A stretch of 64,000 bases of DNA, from assembly GCA_965116875.1 (NCBI GenBank), contig OZ220733.1:3424001-3488000 (forward strand), in the 5' to 3' direction. Position numbers and translations under genes: made by a program. Positions 28,224-38,363 of this stretch are shown here, in pieces (the stretch's first letter is position 1; every line of letters begins with the position of its first letter). This DNA comes from Candidatus Latescibacterota bacterium. Lineage in GTDB: Bacteria; Latescibacterota; UBA2968; GCA-2709665. A model generated the notes under the pieces. It did not search any database. It was given only the letters and a program-made list of their open reading frames with translations, and had not been told where the DNA came from.

Positions 28224-29339
28224 ATGGAACCCTTCGACCTTCATCCTGCGCCGCGAGTGATCTTTGGAGAAGGTGCGCTGGCGCGGCTTCCGGAGCTGGC
28301 GGAAGGACTGGGTGGAGGACGGATTCTGCTCGTGACGGATCCGGGGATCGTCAACGCGGGCATCGCGGACAGGGCGTTGTGCCTGCTGCGGGGAGCGGGG
28401 CGCGACGTCTTCGTGTTCGACAACGTGGACGAGAACCCGACGACGGTCCACGTGGACGCGGGCGTGGAGGCGGCCTCGGCGCACGGCGGGACCGGGCTTA
28501 TAGTGGGCCTGGGCGGCGGCAGCGCGATGGATTGCGCCAAGGGGATCAATTTCATTCTCACGAACGGCGGGCGCATGGAGGACTACCGCGGGATGGGCGG
28601 GGCGCGGCGCCCGATGCTGCCGTCGATCGGCATTCCGACCACCGCGGGTACAGGGAGCGAGGCCCAGTCCTTTGCGTTGATTTCCAGGCCGGATACCCAC
28701 GAAAAGATGGCCTGCGGCGACCTCAAGGCTCGATTTCGAGGCGTCATCCTGGATCCTGAGCTTGCCGCGAGCACACCCGGAAACGTGGCTGCCGCGACGG
28801 GTATCGACGCCATCGCCCATGCCGTGGAGAGTTGCGTGTGTACGCGGCGGAACCCGGTATCGAGAATGTACGCGCTGGAGGCGTGGCGTCTGCTCGCATC
28901 CGGATTCGAAGCGGCGCTGGCGCCGGCGGCCGGCCCGGAGGCCAGGGCCGCCATGCTTCTGGGCGCGCATTTCGCGGGGGCGGCGATTGAAAATGCCATG
29001 CTGGGCGCCGCCCACGCATGCGCCAACCCGCTGACCGCCCGGTACGGGATCACGCACGGCGTCGCGGTGGGCGTGATGCTGCCGTCGGTGATCCGGTTCA
29101 ATGGAGAAACGGATGGCGCGCGCTACGAATGGTTCGGGTTGACTCCCGTTGCGCTTGCGGAACGGATCGAACGATTCATGCGCGCGGCGAATCTGCCGCT
29201 GCGCCTTCGAGAGTTGCGCGTGGAAGCGGAACGCCTCCCGGAACTGGCGTCGGATGCGGCGCGGGAGTGGACGGGTACGTTCAATCCGCGGCCGGTCCGG
29301 GAAACGGACTTTCGGGCGTTATATGAAGAGACGTATTGA
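28224..29339 (+). CDS. Iron-containing alcohol dehydrogenase
   Basis: GLGGGSAMDCAK, PTTAGTGSE, DAIAHAVE, HACAN and HG metal ligands. Confidence 0.92.
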   Translation: MEPFDLHPAPRVIFGEGALARLPELAEGLGGGRILLVTDPGIVNAGIADRALCLLRGAGRDVFVFDNVDENPTTVHVDAGVEAASAHGGTGLIVGLGGGSAMDCAKGINFILTNGGRMEDYRGMGGARRPMLPSIGIPTTAGTGSEAQSFALISRPDTHEKMACGDLKARFRGVILDPELAASTPGNVAAATGIDAIAHAVESCVCTRRNPVSRMYALEAWRLLASGFEAALAPAAGPEARAAMLLGAHFAGAAIENAMLGAAHACANPLTARYGITHGVAVGVMLPSVIRFNGETDGARYEWFGLTPVALAERIERFMRAANLPLRLRELRVEAERLPELASDAAREWTGTFNPRPVRETDFRALYEETY

Positions 29340-30480
29340 GTTTTATGCCCGGCGAAAGTCGACGTGCCGGTGGAACGTTTTTCTCGCTTTCTGCGTCTTG
29401 TACATACCGGTTTCCGTCTGCGTGGCCGGCGAGACGTCCTGGCCGCGGTTTCGGGGCGATGCGCAATCCACGGGCCTCGCGCATGAATCGCTGTCCGACA
29501 GCCTGATTGTCCTGTGGGTCGCCCGCGTGCCGGAAGGCATCGAGTCCACCGCGGCGATCCGGGAGGGAACCGTTTTCGTTGGCGGGCTGGACGGGAATCT
29601 CTATGCGTTTGATTTCGTCACCGGCGCGTTGAAGTGGAAGTACTCCGCCGGCGGGGAGATAAAGGCTTCGCCGCTGGTGGCGGATCACACGGTTTTCATC
29701 GGAGATGGGGACGGTGGTTTTCACGCGGTGGACGCGTCATCCGGAAAGGGGTTGTGGACGTACCGGACGGGAGGAGAAATCATCTCTTCCGCCGCGGCGT
29801 ACGAAGCGCGGGTGATCTTCGGGTCCTACGATCAATTCCTCTACTGCCTCGCAATGGCGGACGGGACCCTGGTGTGGAAGGTGGAGACGGAGGGCTACGT
29901 TCACGGGTCGCCGGCCCTGTGGGGCGGCCGCGCACTCCTCGCCGGTTGCGACGGTCTGCTGCGCATGGTGAATGCGGCCGGCGGACGTGAAGTCTCAAGG
30001 GTGGAGTTATTCGATTACGTCGCGGCGAGTGTTGCCGTGCGCGGCGGAAGGGCGTACGCGGGTACTTTCGGAAACCAGGTCCTGGGTGTGGACCTGTCGA
30101 AAGCCAAAGTCCGGTGGCGGTACGAGCACCCCACTCGCAAGTTTCCGTTCTACGCGTCTCCCGCGGTCAACGAGAAACACGTCATTGTGGCCGGCCGCGA
30201 CAAAATGGTGCGCGCGCTGCGTCCGGACGATGGCGAGGTGATCTGGATTCGGTCGTTTCGGTCCCGGCTGGATTCATCGCCCGTGATTGCGGGCGACCGG
30301 GTGTACGTGGGCACGACCGGCGGGAGGATTGTGGCGCTGGATCTGAAGTCGGGCGAACCGGAATGGGAGTTCTCCACCGGCTCGGGAGTGCTGGCTTCGC
30401 CAAGCGTGGCCGGCGGCAGGCTCGTGATCGGAACGACGGACGGGATTTTGTATTGTTTTGGAAGTGAGGAAAGGGAATGA
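29323..30480 (+). CDS. PQQ-binding-like (BamB-type) beta-propeller protein, secreted
   Basis: Signal peptide, WPRFRGD, repeated A.D..TG...W blades. Confidence 0.85.
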   Translation: MKRRIEFYARRKSTCRWNVFLAFCVLYIPVSVCVAGETSWPRFRGDAQSTGLAHESLSDSLIVLWVARVPEGIESTAAIREGTVFVGGLDGNLYAFDFVTGALKWKYSAGGEIKASPLVADHTVFIGDGDGGFHAVDASSGKGLWTYRTGGEIISSAAAYEARVIFGSYDQFLYCLAMADGTLVWKVETEGYVHGSPALWGGRALLAGCDGLLRMVNAAGGREVSRVELFDYVAASVAVRGGRAYAGTFGNQVLGVDLSKAKVRWRYEHPTRKFPFYASPAVNEKHVIVAGRDKMVRALRPDDGEVIWIRSFRSRLDSSPVIAGDRVYVGTTGGRIVALDLKSGEPEWEFSTGSGVLASPSVAGGRLVIGTTDGILYCFGSEERE

Positions 30481-31823
30481 GTACCCAGGTTCACGTCCCG
30501 GAGCCCGCGACCTCCAGGAAGGAATGGAGCGAAACCGCGGTCGGTAGCGTTTTCGTGTCCAACTATCCTCCGTATTCATTCTGGCGGGACGAGCACAATT
30601 CGCGGGTTGAGGCGATGTTGCAGGTTCCGGACCGGTCGGAGACGGAGGCGCCGCTCGGCCTGTATCTGCATATCCCGTTTTGCCGGAAACGGTGCAAATT
30701 CTGCTATTTTCGCGTGTATACGGACCGCAACAGCTCCGAGATCCAGGTCTATCTGGATGCGCTGGCCAGAGAGGTGGAAAACTACGCCGCTCTGCCCGGA
30801 ATTGCCGGACGCAGCCTGCAATTCGTCTACTTCGGAGGGGGTACGCCGTCGTATATCAGCGTGAAGCACCTGAAGGCGCTGGTGGACAGGCTGAAGGCCG
30901 TGTTGCCGTGGGACGACGCCGAAGAGGTCGCATTCGAGTGCGAGCCGGGCACGCTCACACAGCCGAAGGTGGCGGCCATTCGCGAGATCGGGGTGACGCG
31001 ACTGAGCCTGGGTCTGGAGAACCTGAATGACGAAATTCTGAGGGAGAACGGCCGGGCGCACGTGGGCAAAGAGATCTACCGGGCCATGGGCTGGGTGAAA
31101 ACGCAGGGGTTCGAACAGGTGAACGTGGACCTGATCTCGGGGATGGTGGGCGAAACGTGGGCGACGTGGAAGGAGACGGTGCAGGGCACGATTGACCTGG
31201 ATCCCGACAGCGTGACGATCTATCAGATGGAACTGCCGTTCAATACGACGTATTCGAAGTCGCTCCTGGATGGCAACGGTGTGACGGTTGCCGACTGGGA
31301 GACGAAACGGGCGTGGCACGCCCACGCGATCGACGCGTTCGGCGACGCGGGATACGAGATCTCAAGCGCATATACGATGGTCAAGAAGGGCCGCCCGAAG
31401 CGCTTTGTCTACCGGGACGCGCTCTGGCGGAGCGCCGATCTGATCGGCGCGGGCGTCGCTTCGTTTTCACACGTGGGCGGGATACACTTTCAGAATCACA
31501 CCCAATGGGACCCCTACGTCGACGCCTGCATGCAGGGTCGGCTGCCGCTGAACCGGTCCTTCGTTCCTACCGATGAGGAACGCCTGGTGCGCGAGATGAT
31601 CCTCCAGCTCAAGTTGGGCAGGATTGAAACAGCGTATTTTCAGGACAAATTCGGTCTCGATATTCTTCGGCAATTCGGTGATGCCTATCGAAAACTCCGG
31701 GAATACGGCATGCTGGATTTCGACGCAAACGAGGTCAGGCTGACTCGCAACGGATTGTTGCGGGTCGACCAGTTGTTGCCGGAGTTTTACGACGAAAAAT
31801 ACCGCGATTCGCGCTATACTTAG
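30477..31823 (+). CDS. HemN-like radical SAM enzyme (class C methyltransferase/decarboxylase clade)
   Basis: YLHIPFCRKRCKFCYF CX3CX2C, FGGGTPS, RLSLG and HemN C-terminal domain; ATGA overlap. Confidence 0.88.
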   Translation: MSTQVHVPEPATSRKEWSETAVGSVFVSNYPPYSFWRDEHNSRVEAMLQVPDRSETEAPLGLYLHIPFCRKRCKFCYFRVYTDRNSSEIQVYLDALAREVENYAALPGIAGRSLQFVYFGGGTPSYISVKHLKALVDRLKAVLPWDDAEEVAFECEPGTLTQPKVAAIREIGVTRLSLGLENLNDEILRENGRAHVGKEIYRAMGWVKTQGFEQVNVDLISGMVGETWATWKETVQGTIDLDPDSVTIYQMELPFNTTYSKSLLDGNGVTVADWETKRAWHAHAIDAFGDAGYEISSAYTMVKKGRPKRFVYRDALWRSADLIGAGVASFSHVGGIHFQNHTQWDPYVDACMQGRLPLNRSFVPTDEERLVREMILQLKLGRIETAYFQDKFGLDILRQFGDAYRKLREYGMLDFDANEVRLTRNGLLRVDQLLPEFYDEKYRDSRYT

Positions 31824-32010
31824 GGAATATCGAATATCACACCTGTCCAAGACATAAACCAACCTTGTACCGGTGTGGTCGGCGTTCTCGAGAACGAGGG
31901 CATGCAGGTTATTGGTCTCCTAACAGCGGTTTAATGACGTCCAATGAACCATATAACGCGTGGTCATTGAGCTTGTCGAAATGCCCGCTATTCAAAAGCC
32001 ATTCGATCCT

Positions 32011-32104
32011 TCGCCGGCCCTTCGCCCCTTCGACAGGCTCAGGGACCACAAGCTCAGGGGACGGCTCGGCTTCTGCGATGCCCCCTCAAGGGGGGAGTGA
32101 TTGG
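32011..32104 (-). repeat. Relative of the 276-416 intergenic repeat
   Basis: CCCTTCGACAGGCTCAGGG...CCCCCTCAAGGGGGGAGTGATTGG is the reverse complement of part of 276-416. Confidence 0.75.
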
Positions 32105-32216
32105 TCCATCAAGCCGGCGCATGCGTTTCGTGCCATCCATCTGATCGCGGCTGAGCATAGCGAAGCGGCGCCAGGTACGCCTGAGCTGTAGCTTCACTTT
32201 CTCGCGGAGTCTGTCT

Positions 32217-33431
32217 ATGAAATACAGGTTTTATTTGACGTTCGCGTCTGTACTGTGCTTTTCTTCCGCACACGCGGATTGGCCCCAGTGGCTGGGTCCC
32301 GACCGAACGGGGATTTCTACCGAAACGGAATTCCGGAAGACCTGGCCGAAAAACGGCCCTGAGGTCCTGTGGAAGAAGAACCTGGGCGCAGGATTTTCAG
32401 GGATCTCGGTGGCGGATGGCCGGGTATTCACCATGTTTGCGGAGGGTGACGATGAGTTCGTCGTCTGTCTGAATGAGGAATCGGGCGATGAAATCTGGCG
32501 GTTCAGGACGGGGGGCATGTTCGAGGAGTGGCAGGGTGGCGACGGTCCCCGGTCGCAGCCGACGGTGGACGGAGAACGGGTCTACGTCCTCGGCGCAGAG
32601 GGGACGCTGTACGCGCTGACGGCGGCAAACGGCGCAAAGATCTGGACCGTGGACCTGGTCGACGGACTCGGCGGCCGGTTTCCCAGGTTCGGATTTTCGA
32701 CTTCGCCGCTGGTGGAAGGCGACTTCCTGTACCTGGAGGCGGCGACGCGCGACGGTACGTTTCTGGCGCTTCAAAGGAAAGACGGCAACGTCGCCTGGGC
32801 TTCGCAGAACGACGTGGCTTCGTATTCCTCGCCCATCGCGGTGGATCTGGCCGGCGTGCGTCAGGTGGTCTATTTTTCCGGGGACGCCCTGGTGGGGCTT
32901 TCGCCGGCGGACGGGTCCCTTTACTGGAGGTATCCCTGGAAGACGTCGTACGATCTGAACATCGCAACGCCGATCCTCGTGCCGCCGGATCGGGTCTTCA
33001 TTTCCTCGGGCTACGACCATGGCGCCGCGTTGTTGCGAATCGAGGCAGGCAGCGACGGGTTCTCGGCGACTCGGGTCTGGGAGAGCCGGCGGATGAAGAA
33101 CCATTTCGGCACGTCCGTGCTGGTGGGGGACTATCTGTACGGTTTCGATAACGCCATCCTGAAGTGCATCGAAGCACGGACCGGGAAAGAGCAGTGGAAA
33201 CACCGCGGGTATGGCAAGGGGGCGTTGATCTACGCCGACGGCCATCTCCTGCTGATGAGTGACAACGGAAGGCTGGCCCTGGCAACGGCAACGCCGGACG
33301 GATTCGAGGAAAAGGCCGGCGCGCAGGTGCTCGACGGCCGCAGCTGGACGATGCCGACCCTGGCCAACGGCCGCGTGTTCGTCAGGGATATGCGGAAAAT
33401 CGTTTGCCTGGACCTTCGTTCCGGCGGATAG
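32217..33431 (+). CDS. PQQ-binding-like beta-propeller protein, secreted
   Basis: Signal peptide ending AHA, DWPQWLGPDRTG, GPRSQP, YSSP and W-repeat blades. Confidence 0.88.
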   Translation: MKYRFYLTFASVLCFSSAHADWPQWLGPDRTGISTETEFRKTWPKNGPEVLWKKNLGAGFSGISVADGRVFTMFAEGDDEFVVCLNEESGDEIWRFRTGGMFEEWQGGDGPRSQPTVDGERVYVLGAEGTLYALTAANGAKIWTVDLVDGLGGRFPRFGFSTSPLVEGDFLYLEAATRDGTFLALQRKDGNVAWASQNDVASYSSPIAVDLAGVRQVVYFSGDALVGLSPADGSLYWRYPWKTSYDLNIATPILVPPDRVFISSGYDHGAALLRIEAGSDGFSATRVWESRRMKNHFGTSVLVGDYLYGFDNAILKCIEARTGKEQWKHRGYGKGALIYADGHLLLMSDNGRLALATATPDGFEEKAGAQVLDGRSWTMPTLANGRVFVRDMRKIVCLDLRSGG

Positions 33432-33449
33432 CGTCTACCATTGAGACTT

Positions 33450-33637
33450 CGAGGAGAGAGGAAAGAGGAGTGAGGAGTGAGTAACGATAAAAAGCAGATC
33501 GGGAAACGCGAAAGGAAAGAGGGGTGAGAGGCCTTTGACTCGCCTTCTCTCTTTTCTCACTACTCTTCACTCTCTCCTCGACTTTTCCCTTCTCTCTTTT
33601 CTCACGTCTCTCCGCTCTCTCCTCTGCTCGTTTCCCT
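33450..33637. repeat. Purine-tract/pyrimidine-tract inverted heptamer repeat
   Basis: GAGGAGA/GAGGAGT/GAGGAAA units followed by TCTCTTT/TCTCACT/TCTCCTC complements with no gene between them. Confidence 0.6.
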
Positions 33638-33683
33638 TGTTCCTGCGACGCAAGGTCGGGACGTCCTGGTGAAAGGAATTCGA

Positions 33684-35801
33684 ATGATGTTGCATTTTCG
33701 AACGGTTCTACTGGCCGCCATTTTTTCGGGTCTGGCCCTGAACACGGTGTTTGCCGCGGACGACGAGGCGGACGGGGAAGCCGGTGATGATCTTCCCGTT
33801 TACGCCGGCGAAGAGATCGTCGTGACCGAGAGCAAGGAAAAGGTCGCCACGATCGGTTCGGTCGCCAGCAAGATCCCGGTGCCTCTGGGGGAAACGCCCG
33901 CCAGCGTCAGCGTGGTCAACCGCGGGCTGATCGAGCATCAGAGCGGCGTGGTTCTCGGCGACGCCCTTCGCAACGTGAGCGGCGTGAACGTGCAGACGGT
34001 GTTCGGCGTGACGGACTTTTTCGTGATTCGAGGGTTCGATTCGCTGTCGAGCGGGCTGGTGCTGACGGACGGCGCTTCCGAGCCCGAGGCCACGTTCTAC
34101 AATCTCTACAACCTCGACCGTGTGGAGGTGCTGAAGGGCCCCGGCGCGTTTCTCTACGGCGGCAATCCGCTGTCCGGATCCGTGAATCTGAACCGGAAGC
34201 AACCCGTCTTCAAGCGCATCTTTCAGGCCAGGGGCGCTTACGGCCCCTATGGAAGCGTAAGAAGCAGCGTCGACGCCGGCTGGGGGGACCCGGCGCGGGG
34301 CGCGGCCGTGCGTTTCAACGGCCTCCGGCAGGTTTCCGACAACTACCGTGACGACAAGAGCAGTGGCATCTGGGCCCTGAACCCCGCCGTCACCCTGCGA
34401 AACGACAGGACGACGGCCACGGCGAATCTCGAATACGTGACCAGCGAGTACAAGTCCGATTCCGGATTGCCAGTGGCTGGAGGCCAACTGGCCGACGTGC
34501 CGCGAACCCGCTCCTACCAGTCCCCTTTCGATGTTTCGGACCAGGAGATTTATCGGGTGCGGATGGATGTACAGACCCGACTGTCTCCGCGCGTCACGTT
34601 GCGAAACAAGCTGTATTTTACGGATTTTTCCTGGATTTCCAACGGTACGCTGTTCAACGGCGTGTATCCCAACGCCGCGGGAAGCCAGGACCTGGTCAGG
34701 ACGTTGCTGCTTCTCGACGACCGGCAGAAGGTGTTTGGCAATCAGTCTGAGTTTGTGTTCTCGTTCTCCACGGGACGTGCGAATCACACGCTGCTGGCGG
34801 GTCTGGAACTGATGCGGTGGCAGGACAGGTTTACGCTCGACGTTGCGGTCCTGCCGAATATCGATCTGTATTCGCCGGTCGAAACGGCCGCGCTGCCGTA
34901 TTTCGTCGTACCGAATCAATCCCGCGCGGCAGATGCGACGAGCGGCGTGGTTGCGCCGTTTGTCGTCGACCGGATTGTCTTTTCCGATTTTTTCCAGGCG
35001 TTTGTGGGCGCCCGCTTCGACCGGATCCGGTACGACGACCCTGTCACGTCAACGTCGAGGGCGTTTAACGAACTCAGTCCGATGGCGGGCGTGGCGCTGA
35101 ATCCCGCGGAGGACCTGACCCTCTATGCCAGCGCCGGCAAGGCCTTTGCGCCGCCGTCGAGCCTGGTCGCTGGGCCGCGTGACGTTGAATCGGCCACGCA
35201 GTTCGAAGCCGGCGCGAAGAAATTCCTCGTGGACAACCGCCTTCACGCGTCACTGGCTGTCTTCGATCTGCGGAAATACGACATCGGCATCCCGGATGAG
35301 ACCGGCGTGACCAGACAGGACGGGGACCAGCGTTCGCGGGGCATGGAGCTGGAAGTGATGGCGCGTCCCGGCGGCGGTTGCCACGTCTTTCTGACGTACG
35401 CGTATTCCAACGCGGAACTGACACGGTTTACGGAGATGTTGGCCGTACCCACGCCCACCGGGATGCAGTTCCGGCACCTGGACCGGTCCGGCAACAGGCC
35501 GGCCTTCTCGCCGAAACACATACTGAATATCTGGAGCGCACTGGGCTTCGAAAGCGGAATCGAACTGGGACTGGGTGCCAGGTACGTCGGCAGCCAGTTC
35601 ATCGCCGAGGACAATCAGTACCGTATCGGCGGCGTGCTGACGCTTGACGCTTCCGCATCGTACACGTACGGGCACGCGACAATCAGGGTCAATGCCAGGA
35701 ACCTGACCGATCACGAGTACGAGACCCGCGGGTTCGGCGCGATGTCGGTGATTCCGGCGCCGCCTTTCGGCCTGTACGGCGCCATTCAGGTTGACCTGTG
35801 A
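33684..35801 (+). CDS. TonB-dependent receptor
   Basis: Signal peptide, EEIVVT TonB box, ETPASVSVV, IRGF and RVEVLKGP...YG plug motifs, NLTD..Y near the C-terminus. Confidence 0.92.
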   Translation: MMLHFRTVLLAAIFSGLALNTVFAADDEADGEAGDDLPVYAGEEIVVTESKEKVATIGSVASKIPVPLGETPASVSVVNRGLIEHQSGVVLGDALRNVSGVNVQTVFGVTDFFVIRGFDSLSSGLVLTDGASEPEATFYNLYNLDRVEVLKGPGAFLYGGNPLSGSVNLNRKQPVFKRIFQARGAYGPYGSVRSSVDAGWGDPARGAAVRFNGLRQVSDNYRDDKSSGIWALNPAVTLRNDRTTATANLEYVTSEYKSDSGLPVAGGQLADVPRTRSYQSPFDVSDQEIYRVRMDVQTRLSPRVTLRNKLYFTDFSWISNGTLFNGVYPNAAGSQDLVRTLLLLDDRQKVFGNQSEFVFSFSTGRANHTLLAGLELMRWQDRFTLDVAVLPNIDLYSPVETAALPYFVVPNQSRAADATSGVVAPFVVDRIVFSDFFQAFVGARFDRIRYDDPVTSTSRAFNELSPMAGVALNPAEDLTLYASAGKAFAPPSSLVAGPRDVESATQFEAGAKKFLVDNRLHASLAVFDLRKYDIGIPDETGVTRQDGDQRSRGMELEVMARPGGGCHVFLTYAYSNAELTRFTEMLAVPTPTGMQFRHLDRSGNRPAFSPKHILNIWSALGFESGIELGLGARYVGSQFIAEDNQYRIGGVLTLDASASYTYGHATIRVNARNLTDHEYETRGFGAMSVIPAPPFGLYGAIQVDL

Positions 35802-37075
35802 GCTCCGTCGGCCTGGAGCGGGACCGACACGTACGGGTCCGGACGCAGTTGCGGCGCCTGAAGGACATGCTCGTCCCCGTCATGCGGGACAACCCGTTTT
35901 ACAGAGATAAGCTGTCCGGGGCCGGATTGTCCTCGCCCGGGGACGTACGGACCCTCGATGATTACAGGCGACTCCCCTTTACAACCAAGGCTGAACTGTC
36001 GGCCGACCAGGACGCGCACCCGCCCTACGGAACCAATCTGACGTATCCTCCGCGGGATTACATCCGGGTCCATCAGACGTCGGGCACGACGGGCAGTCCC
36101 CTGCGCTGGCTGGATACGCGGAAAAGCTGGGACTGGTTCGCAGGCTGCTGGCGCCGGGTTTTCGATGGCGCTGGCGTTACGTCCGAGGACCGGCTGTTTT
36201 TCGCCTTCTCGTTCGGACCGTTCATCGGGTTCTGGACCGCGCACGAAGCCGCCCGGCTGATCGGGGCGATGGCCATTACGGGCGGGTCGATGTCGTCGAC
36301 CCAGCGGCTGCATGCCATCGAGGAACACCGGGCGACGGTTCTGGTCTGCACGCCGACGTACGCGCTGCATCTGGCGGAAGTGGCCGAAACGGAGGGGATC
36401 GACGTCGCGGGTTCCAGCATTCGCGCCACGATTCACGCCGGGGAACCCGGGGCCGGTCTCCCCGCAACGAGACGGCGGATCGAAGAAGCCTGGGGCGCCA
36501 GGTGTTACGACCACGCGGGCGCAACCGAGGCGGGAGCGTGGGGGTTCGAGTGCCGCGCCCGGAACGGCATGCACGTGAACGAAGGCGAGTTCATCTGTGA
36601 AGTGATCGATCCGGATTCCGGGGAGCCGGCCGACGAGGGCGAACTGGTCCTGACGAATCTTGGGCGGGTGGGGATGCCGGTGATCCGTTACCGGACCGGC
36701 GACCGCGTCAGGCGCGCGAAGGGGGCATGCCCATGCGGGTCCGGGTTTCTCCGGCTGGAAAACGGCGTGATCGGCCGCATCGACGGCGGGATCATCATTC
36801 GCGGGATCGTCATCTACCCGAGCGCGGTTGAGAACGTCGTCAGGTCCTTTCCGGAAATAACGGAGTTTGCGGTCGACGTGTACCGGCGTCGTTCCCTGGA
36901 CGAAATGGAGATCCGCGTCGAAGTCAGGGGAAAATCACCGGACGCCGTTGCAGATGACGTGGCGCGGGCAGCGAGGCGGAAGCTGGGGTTCCGTGTCGGG
37001 GTTCGTGCGGTCGGCCCGAACACGCTGCCCAGGTTCGAGCTGAAGGCACAACGGCTTACGGACCATCGGAACTGA
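35798..37075 (+). CDS. Phenylacetate-CoA ligase (PaaK)-family protein
   Basis: LPFTTK, QTSGTTG, AGEPG, GATE, RYRTGD and GRID motifs. Confidence 0.88.
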   Translation: MSSVGLERDRHVRVRTQLRRLKDMLVPVMRDNPFYRDKLSGAGLSSPGDVRTLDDYRRLPFTTKAELSADQDAHPPYGTNLTYPPRDYIRVHQTSGTTGSPLRWLDTRKSWDWFAGCWRRVFDGAGVTSEDRLFFAFSFGPFIGFWTAHEAARLIGAMAITGGSMSSTQRLHAIEEHRATVLVCTPTYALHLAEVAETEGIDVAGSSIRATIHAGEPGAGLPATRRRIEEAWGARCYDHAGATEAGAWGFECRARNGMHVNEGEFICEVIDPDSGEPADEGELVLTNLGRVGMPVIRYRTGDRVRRAKGACPCGSGFLRLENGVIGRIDGGIIIRGIVIYPSAVENVVRSFPEITEFAVDVYRRRSLDEMEIRVEVRGKSPDAVADDVARAARRKLGFRVGVRAVGPNTLPRFELKAQRLTDHRN

Positions 37076-37094
37076 GTTTCCGCGGGAAGTGCCA

Positions 37095-38363
37095 ATGGGT
37101 TCAGACTCCTACGATGTCATTGTGATCGGCGGCGGCCCCGCGGGGAGTACCACCGCGGCGCTGGTGGCCGAGTACGGCCATCGCGTGTTGTTGCTCGAGC
37201 GGGAGCGGTTTCCCCGGTTTCAGATCGGCGAGTCGCTGATGCCCGGTACCTACTGGTCGTTCAAACGGCTGGGCGTTCTGGAAAAACTGAAGAAAAGCGC
37301 GTTCGTCAGGAAATACAGCGTGCAGTTCTTCGGTGCGTCGGGAAAAGGATCGGCGCCATTCTATTTTCACCGGCACGACCCGCACGAGAGTTCGGTCACC
37401 TGGCAGGTGTTGCGAAGCGAGTTCGACCGGATGATGCTGGACAACGCCCGCGAGAAAGGGGCGTGCGTGACGCAGGGGACCGCCGTTCAGGAAGTCCTCT
37501 TCGACGGTAGGCGGGCCGTCGGCGTCAGGGCGAAATATAGCGACGGCAGCCTGAACGACCTCCCGGCCCGCGTGGTCGTGGATGCAACGGGCCGCAGCGC
37601 CTTGATTTCCCGCAAGCTGAAAATCAAGGCGGAGGAGCCCACCCTCAAGAAGGCGTCCCTCTTCACGCATTTCGAGAGCGGGTCCAGGGACGAGGGGATC
37701 GACGAGGGGGCGACCCTGATATTGCACACCCGCACGAAGGACGCGTGGTTCTGGTATATCCCGCTGGCCGGCGACGTGGTCAGCGTGGGTGTGGTTGGGG
37801 ATATCGGGTACCTGTTGCAGAAGCGGGAGGGAACGCCCCAGGACATATTCGAAGAGGAATTGGAGAAATGCCGGCCGATGCAGGACCGGCTGGAGCCCGC
37901 CCGGCAGCTGTTTCCCATGAAGGTGACCAGCGATTTCTCCTACCGGGCCCATTCGGTTTCCGGAGATGGCTGGGTGCTGGTTGGCGACGCCTACGGATTT
38001 CTGGATCCCGTCTATTCATCCGGCGTGTTCCTGGCGCTCAAATCCGGCGAAATGGCGGCCGATGCAATTCACGAGGCCTTTCAGAAAGACGATTTTTCCG
38101 CGAAGCGACTCGGTACATGGGGTGAGGAATTCATCCCCGGCATGGAAGCCGTTCGAAAGCTGGTCTACGCGTTCTACACGAAGGAATTCAGTTTCAGCAG
38201 GTTTCTCGACGCCCATCCGGAGTGTCTCGACGGCATCGTGGACATCTTGAGCGGGAAGGTCTATATCAACGACGTCACGCCCATCTTCGGACCGATGGGT
38301 CAGATGTGCGATCTGCCCGAAGACATGGACCACTATGAAAAAGCAATAGAAATTAAGAATTAA
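37095..38363 (+). CDS. Flavin-dependent halogenase-like oxidoreductase
   Basis: GGGPAG, FPRFQIGESL, FVRK (candidate catalytic Lys), WFWYIP (WxWxIP) and GDAYGFLDPVYSSGV. Confidence 0.85.
   Translation: MGSDSYDVIVIGGGPAGSTTAALVAEYGHRVLLLERERFPRFQIGESLMPGTYWSFKRLGVLEKLKKSAFVRKYSVQFFGASGKGSAPFYFHRHDPHESSVTWQVLRSEFDRMMLDNAREKGACVTQGTAVQEVLFDGRRAVGVRAKYSDGSLNDLPARVVVDATGRSALISRKLKIKAEEPTLKKASLFTHFESGSRDEGIDEGATLILHTRTKDAWFWYIPLAGDVVSVGVVGDIGYLLQKREGTPQDIFEEELEKCRPMQDRLEPARQLFPMKVTSDFSYRAHSVSGDGWVLVGDAYGFLDPVYSSGVFLALKSGEMAADAIHEAFQKDDFSAKRLGTWGEEFIPGMEAVRKLVYAFYTKEFSFSRFLDAHPECLDGIVDILSGKVYINDVTPIFGPMGQMCDLPEDMDHYEKAIEIKN

Noticed and set aside
30477-31823. Calling the radical SAM gene hemN/hemW
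   Set aside because: No heme genes nearby and it is embedded in the putative biosynthetic operon; only family-level assignment is supportable
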